A program made the translations under genes and the position numbers. A stretch of DNA of 38,127 nt from an uncultured Gammaproteobacteria bacterium (GTDB taxonomy: Bacteria > Patescibacteriota > Microgenomatia > Levybacterales > UBA12049), in contig CAYYAC010000001.1 in NCBI GenBank assembly GCA_964469995.1, forward strand, positions 1 to 38,127, written 5' to 3'. The notes under the pieces were generated by a model. It saw nothing but the letters and a program-made list of their open reading frames with translations, was not told the DNA's origin and did no database searches. Shown here in pieces: positions 35,274-38,127 of this stretch. Numbering within the stretch: position 1 is the first letter of the stretch; each line of letters opens with the position of its first letter.

Positions 35274-35279
35274 AAGGTT

Positions 35280-35834
35280 ATGGAATTTATAACATTGGAT
35301 AATAAAGATTCTAAAACAATAATAGACGGCATTGTAATGCACCCCCTTAAGATAAATAAGGATGAATCAGGTATTCTAGTTGAAACACTAAGAAAAGACT
35401 GGCCTGTTATATACGGAGAGGGAAGGGAATTTGCAATGCAATATTATTCAGTAACGCCTCCTGGTCTTGCAAGGGACGAAGATGTGTGGCATTGCCATCC
35501 AACGGTTCAGGAAGACAGATTTATTGTTATAAGCGGGGAAATTGTCGTTGCTGTAGCAGATACTAGAGAGGGATCAAAAACAAACGGAATTTTAAACTTA
35601 TTTCACATGAAGTCAGATGAGAGTCCATATATTCTACTTATTCCAAAAAATACTTTGCATGGATTTATGGTAGTTTCTGAAACACCCGCAACTCTTTTGA
35701 ATTTTCCTACAGCGGTTTACAATCCCGCAGAAGAACTCAGGGTTGCATATGATAAGGCTCAAGTAAAAATGGAAGATGGAGCATTATTTTCCTGGGACGA
35801 AGTTAGAAAAAAAATAACGGATTTATCTTCTTAA
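35280..35834 (+). CDS. RmlC-like cupin (dTDP-4-dehydrorhamnose 3,5-epimerase family-like sugar-nucleotide epimerase/isomerase)
   Basis: 184 aa. Motifs WHCHPTVQEDRFIVISGEIVVAVADTREGSKTNG, LLIPKNTLHGF and YNPAEE follow the H.H..Q.D.f.v..G...v...D.R..S.T.G ... iP.G..HGF ... Y.p..E pattern of RmlC-type cupins. Confidence 0.65.
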   Translation: MEFITLDNKDSKTIIDGIVMHPLKINKDESGILVETLRKDWPVIYGEGREFAMQYYSVTPPGLARDEDVWHCHPTVQEDRFIVISGEIVVAVADTREGSKTNGILNLFHMKSDESPYILLIPKNTLHGFMVVSETPATLLNFPTAVYNPAEELRVAYDKAQVKMEDGALFSWDEVRKKITDLSS

Positions 35835-35835
35835 A

Positions 35836-36582
35836 ATGCGCAACATTAAATTTTTATCTCTTGTTGTGCCTGCGTATAAGCAAGAAAAGACTATTGTTAA
35901 AGATTTGGAAAATCTTGATGCGATACTGAAATCCTTACCTTTTGATTATGAAATAATTGTTGTGGTTGATGGTTTTGTTGATAAAACACTTGAGAATGCG
36001 AAGAAAATAAAAAATAACAAAATAAAAGTGCTAGGTTATGAGAAAAATCAGGGAAAAGGATATGCGGTTAAGTATGGAATGGCAAAAACTAAAGGAGACA
36101 TAGTAGGTTTTATAGATGCAGGGATGGACATTGACGCGACAGGGATAGCAATTCTTATTGACTCAATGATATGGAAAAATGCAGATATTATGGTTGGAAG
36201 CAAATTACATCCAGAGTCAAAAGTAGAGTATCCGGCAATAAGAAGAATTTTAACTTGGGGTTATAGATCTCTCACAGAGCTCATGTTTGGTTTCAGCATT
36301 AGAGATACTCAAGTCGGAGTCAAATTTTTTAGAAAAGAAGTAGCAAGGGCAGTATTTCCTAGAATAATTATAAAAGCCTTTGCTTTTGATGTTGAGGTTT
36401 TAGCTGTTGCAAGATTTTTGGGCTTTGACAGGATTTATGAGGGGCCAATAAAGCTTAATTTCAACAAGGACAGCAGCATAACTTCTTCAAATTTTTGGTA
36501 TATAATTTTTCTTATGCTTTGGGATACATTTGCTGTTTTCTATCGTCTGAAAATAACACATTTTTACAAAAGAAATAAATGA
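35836..36582 (+). CDS. GT2 glycosyltransferase, Dpm1/GtrB-like polyprenyl-phosphate sugar synthase candidate with C-terminal TM helix
   Basis: Motifs LSLVVPAYKQEKTI, IIVVVDGFVDKT, NQGKGYAVKYG, IDAGMDID, RDTQVGVKFFRK, FAFDVEVL and the hydrophobic tail FWYIIFLMLWDTFAVFY. Confidence 0.7.
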   Translation: MRNIKFLSLVVPAYKQEKTIVKDLENLDAILKSLPFDYEIIVVVDGFVDKTLENAKKIKNNKIKVLGYEKNQGKGYAVKYGMAKTKGDIVGFIDAGMDIDATGIAILIDSMIWKNADIMVGSKLHPESKVEYPAIRRILTWGYRSLTELMFGFSIRDTQVGVKFFRKEVARAVFPRIIIKAFAFDVEVLAVARFLGFDRIYEGPIKLNFNKDSSITSSNFWYIIFLMLWDTFAVFYRLKITHFYKRNK

Positions 36583-37853
36583 AAGAAAATATAATAAAAC
36601 TTGCCAAACACCCTCTTATATTTGGCAGCACAGTTATTTTTGTGGGTTCAATGGCTGCGAGCGTATTTAACTATTTATTTAATCTGGCCTTAATAAGGAC
36701 ATTACCAGTTGCTGACTATGGTACATTTTCTTCTTTAATTTCTATCTTCAATATTTTTTCTGTATTCTCAATAGTCATAATAATGATTTTTTCAAAATTT
36801 ACCGCATCTTTAGTTGGGCAAAAGAGAGAAAAAGCTATTGGTTCATTGTTTATTTCAGGAACTATTTGGGTAGGAATTATGTCATTTGCTGTTTGTGTTG
36901 TTTTAGCTCTAGGTTCTGGGGAAATAGCAGGATTTTTAAATATAAACTCTATTGGACTTATTCTACTAACAATCTTAACCTTATTTTTTTCATTTCTACT
37001 TGCCGTTACTACCGGAATACTGCAGGGACTTTTAAAATTTAATTATTTCTCTTTTATAAATATAGCATCGTCTCTTGTTAAGCTTCTGTTTGGAATGTTA
37101 TTTATATTTTTGGGGTATAGGGTTTTTGGCGCAATATCTGCATTTTTACTTTCTGCAGTACTGGGATATATATTTGCAATAATTCCTCTTTATAAATTTT
37201 TAAAACATAAAGTTGAAGACGGTTTTACATTATCTTCTTTGCATAAAAAAGCATATTCATATGCATTTCCCGTTTTGCTTTCCAATATTGGAATAACTGC
37301 ATTAATATCTGCAGATATAATTTTGGTTAAACACTATTTTAATCCTACGGTTGCAGGGCAATATGCAGCACTGTCTTTAATGGGTAGATCTATATTTTAT
37401 CTTGTTTCTCCGATTTCTTCAGTACTTTTTCCTGTTATAGCTCAAAAGAAGGAAAGAAGAGAAAAAATTATAGGAACTCTTCTTTTGTCTATCTTTCTCG
37501 TAGGTTTTCCGGCAATAATTCTAAGTGCTTTCTATTTTGCATTTCCGCAAGTTGTACTATCTGTCCTTTCTCCTGGGAAAATATATCTTCCCCTGCTTAA
37601 TCTACTTGGTCCCTTTTCTGTTTTTATAATGCTTTATGCAATGTGTTTCCTCCTTAATAGCTTCTATCTTTCATTAGGAAAGACAAATGTTTTTATATTT
37701 ACAACAATTGGAGCAGTGTTGGAGTCTATTCTAATTGTCTTGTATCATGCAAGCATAACAGAGGTTATAAATGATTTGATTGTTGCTTCATTTTTACTTC
37801 TTATTAGCCTTTTGTTATACTATCAAAATGTCGCAAAGGATTCTAATTCTTAA
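36579..37853 (+). CDS. MOP-superfamily (Wzx-like) flippase, second copy
   Basis: 424 aa with about 12 hydrophobic segments. The N-terminus FGSTVIFVGSMAASVFNYLFNLALIRTLPVADYGTFSSL is typical of oligosaccharide flippase family proteins. ATGA overlap with the upstream Dpm1-like GT2. Confidence 0.7.
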   Translation: MKENIIKLAKHPLIFGSTVIFVGSMAASVFNYLFNLALIRTLPVADYGTFSSLISIFNIFSVFSIVIIMIFSKFTASLVGQKREKAIGSLFISGTIWVGIMSFAVCVVLALGSGEIAGFLNINSIGLILLTILTLFFSFLLAVTTGILQGLLKFNYFSFINIASSLVKLLFGMLFIFLGYRVFGAISAFLLSAVLGYIFAIIPLYKFLKHKVEDGFTLSSLHKKAYSYAFPVLLSNIGITALISADIILVKHYFNPTVAGQYAALSLMGRSIFYLVSPISSVLFPVIAQKKERREKIIGTLLLSIFLVGFPAIILSAFYFAFPQVVLSVLSPGKIYLPLLNLLGPFSVFIMLYAMCFLLNSFYLSLGKTNVFIFTTIGAVLESILIVLYHASITEVINDLIVASFLLLISLLLYYQNVAKDSNS

Positions 37854-38127
37854 TTGGAGAGATATAAATAATACTAGCTCCGGAGGCGCAGAAGTTCTAA
37901 CCCATGAGATGGCAAAGAGATGGGTTAAATTAGGAAACAGCGTTACTCAATTTTCTTCTGCTTTCAAAAACTCACTAGAAAAGGAAACGATAGACGGGGT
38001 GAGAATTGTAAGAAAAGGAAATCCTGATGCTAGATATCTCCACCAATCTGTACATTTCAAAGCTTTTTTATACTATATAAAACATAGAAATGAATTCGAC
38101 ATTGTATTAGATGAAATACATGGGCTT
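37828..38127 (+). CDS. GT4 glycosyltransferase, N-terminal 100 codons (3'-truncated by window edge)
   Basis: My own translation from the ATG at 37828 is MSQRILILNWRDINNTSSGGAEVLTHEMAKRWVKLGNSVTQFSS...DIVLDEIHGL, with no stop up to the window end. The ILxLNWRD...GGAE....E.AKRWV..G..VT N-terminus is typical of GT-B/GT4 enzymes. It is absent from the ORF track because it has no stop codon. Confidence 0.65.
   Translation, partial: MSQRILILNWRDINNTSSGGAEVLTHEMAKRWVKLGNSVTQFSSAFKNSLEKETIDGVRIVRKGNPDARYLHQSVHFKAFLYYIKHRNEFDIVLDEIHGL

Noticed and set aside
1-38127. Alternative genetic code (UGA recoded as Gly/Trp, as in some CPR relatives such as Gracilibacteria/SR1, or in mycoplasmas).
   Set aside because: TGA ends at least nine well-supported genes exactly at ATGA junctions with the next gene. 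The standard code gives full-length, motif-complete proteins everywhere. No recoding is needed.
1-38127. Mobile elements, prophage or defence islands, CRISPR arrays, tRNA/rRNA genes and riboswitches.
   Set aside because: I found no transposase, integrase, recombinase, nuclease or ATPase-like ORFs. There are no direct-repeat/spacer periodicity, no inverted terminal repeats and no structured-RNA-sized non-coding gaps. The largest gaps are 65 and 57 nt. Every large ORF is explained by a glycosylation-related family.

Overview
This is a visibly AT-rich, almost gap-free bacterial window. I support 32 protein-coding genes, 30 of them on the + strand. The code is standard, because TGA acts as the stop at many ATGA junctions. 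I see no rRNA, tRNA, CRISPR array, transposase or integrase. Nearly the whole 38 kb is one cell-envelope glycosylation super-locus, and 26 of the 32 genes are glycosyltransferase candidates. Fifteen are long polytopic GT-C-like membrane enzymes from five sequence families: 6 PMT/ArnT-like (including a head-to-tail quartet), 4 copies of an uncharacterised family (motifs THDG, SPY..D.YVRGD, SHN, FPWRF, YFPGW), 2 YfhO, 2 GT87/DUF2029-like and 1 PIG-V-like. Eleven are cytoplasmic GT2/GT4 enzymes, three of which look like Dpm1/GtrB-type polyprenyl-phosphate-sugar synthases. The rest are two MOP/Wzx flippases (each stop/start-coupled to a Dpm1-like GT2), GalE, an orphan RmlC-like cupin, a secreted helical protein and a DUF5652-like mini membrane protein. 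No priming phosphoglycosyltransferase, Wzy, Wzz, ABC exporter or GtrA-type flippase is visible, so the locus does not fit the classical O-antigen or capsule paradigms. My best reading is a massively paralogous outer-face glycosylation machinery fed by lipid-phosphate sugars. Gene content and style suggest a Patescibacteria/CPR (Microgenomates-like) genome, but that is inference. All family calls come from motif recognition by eye; no searches or computations were run.
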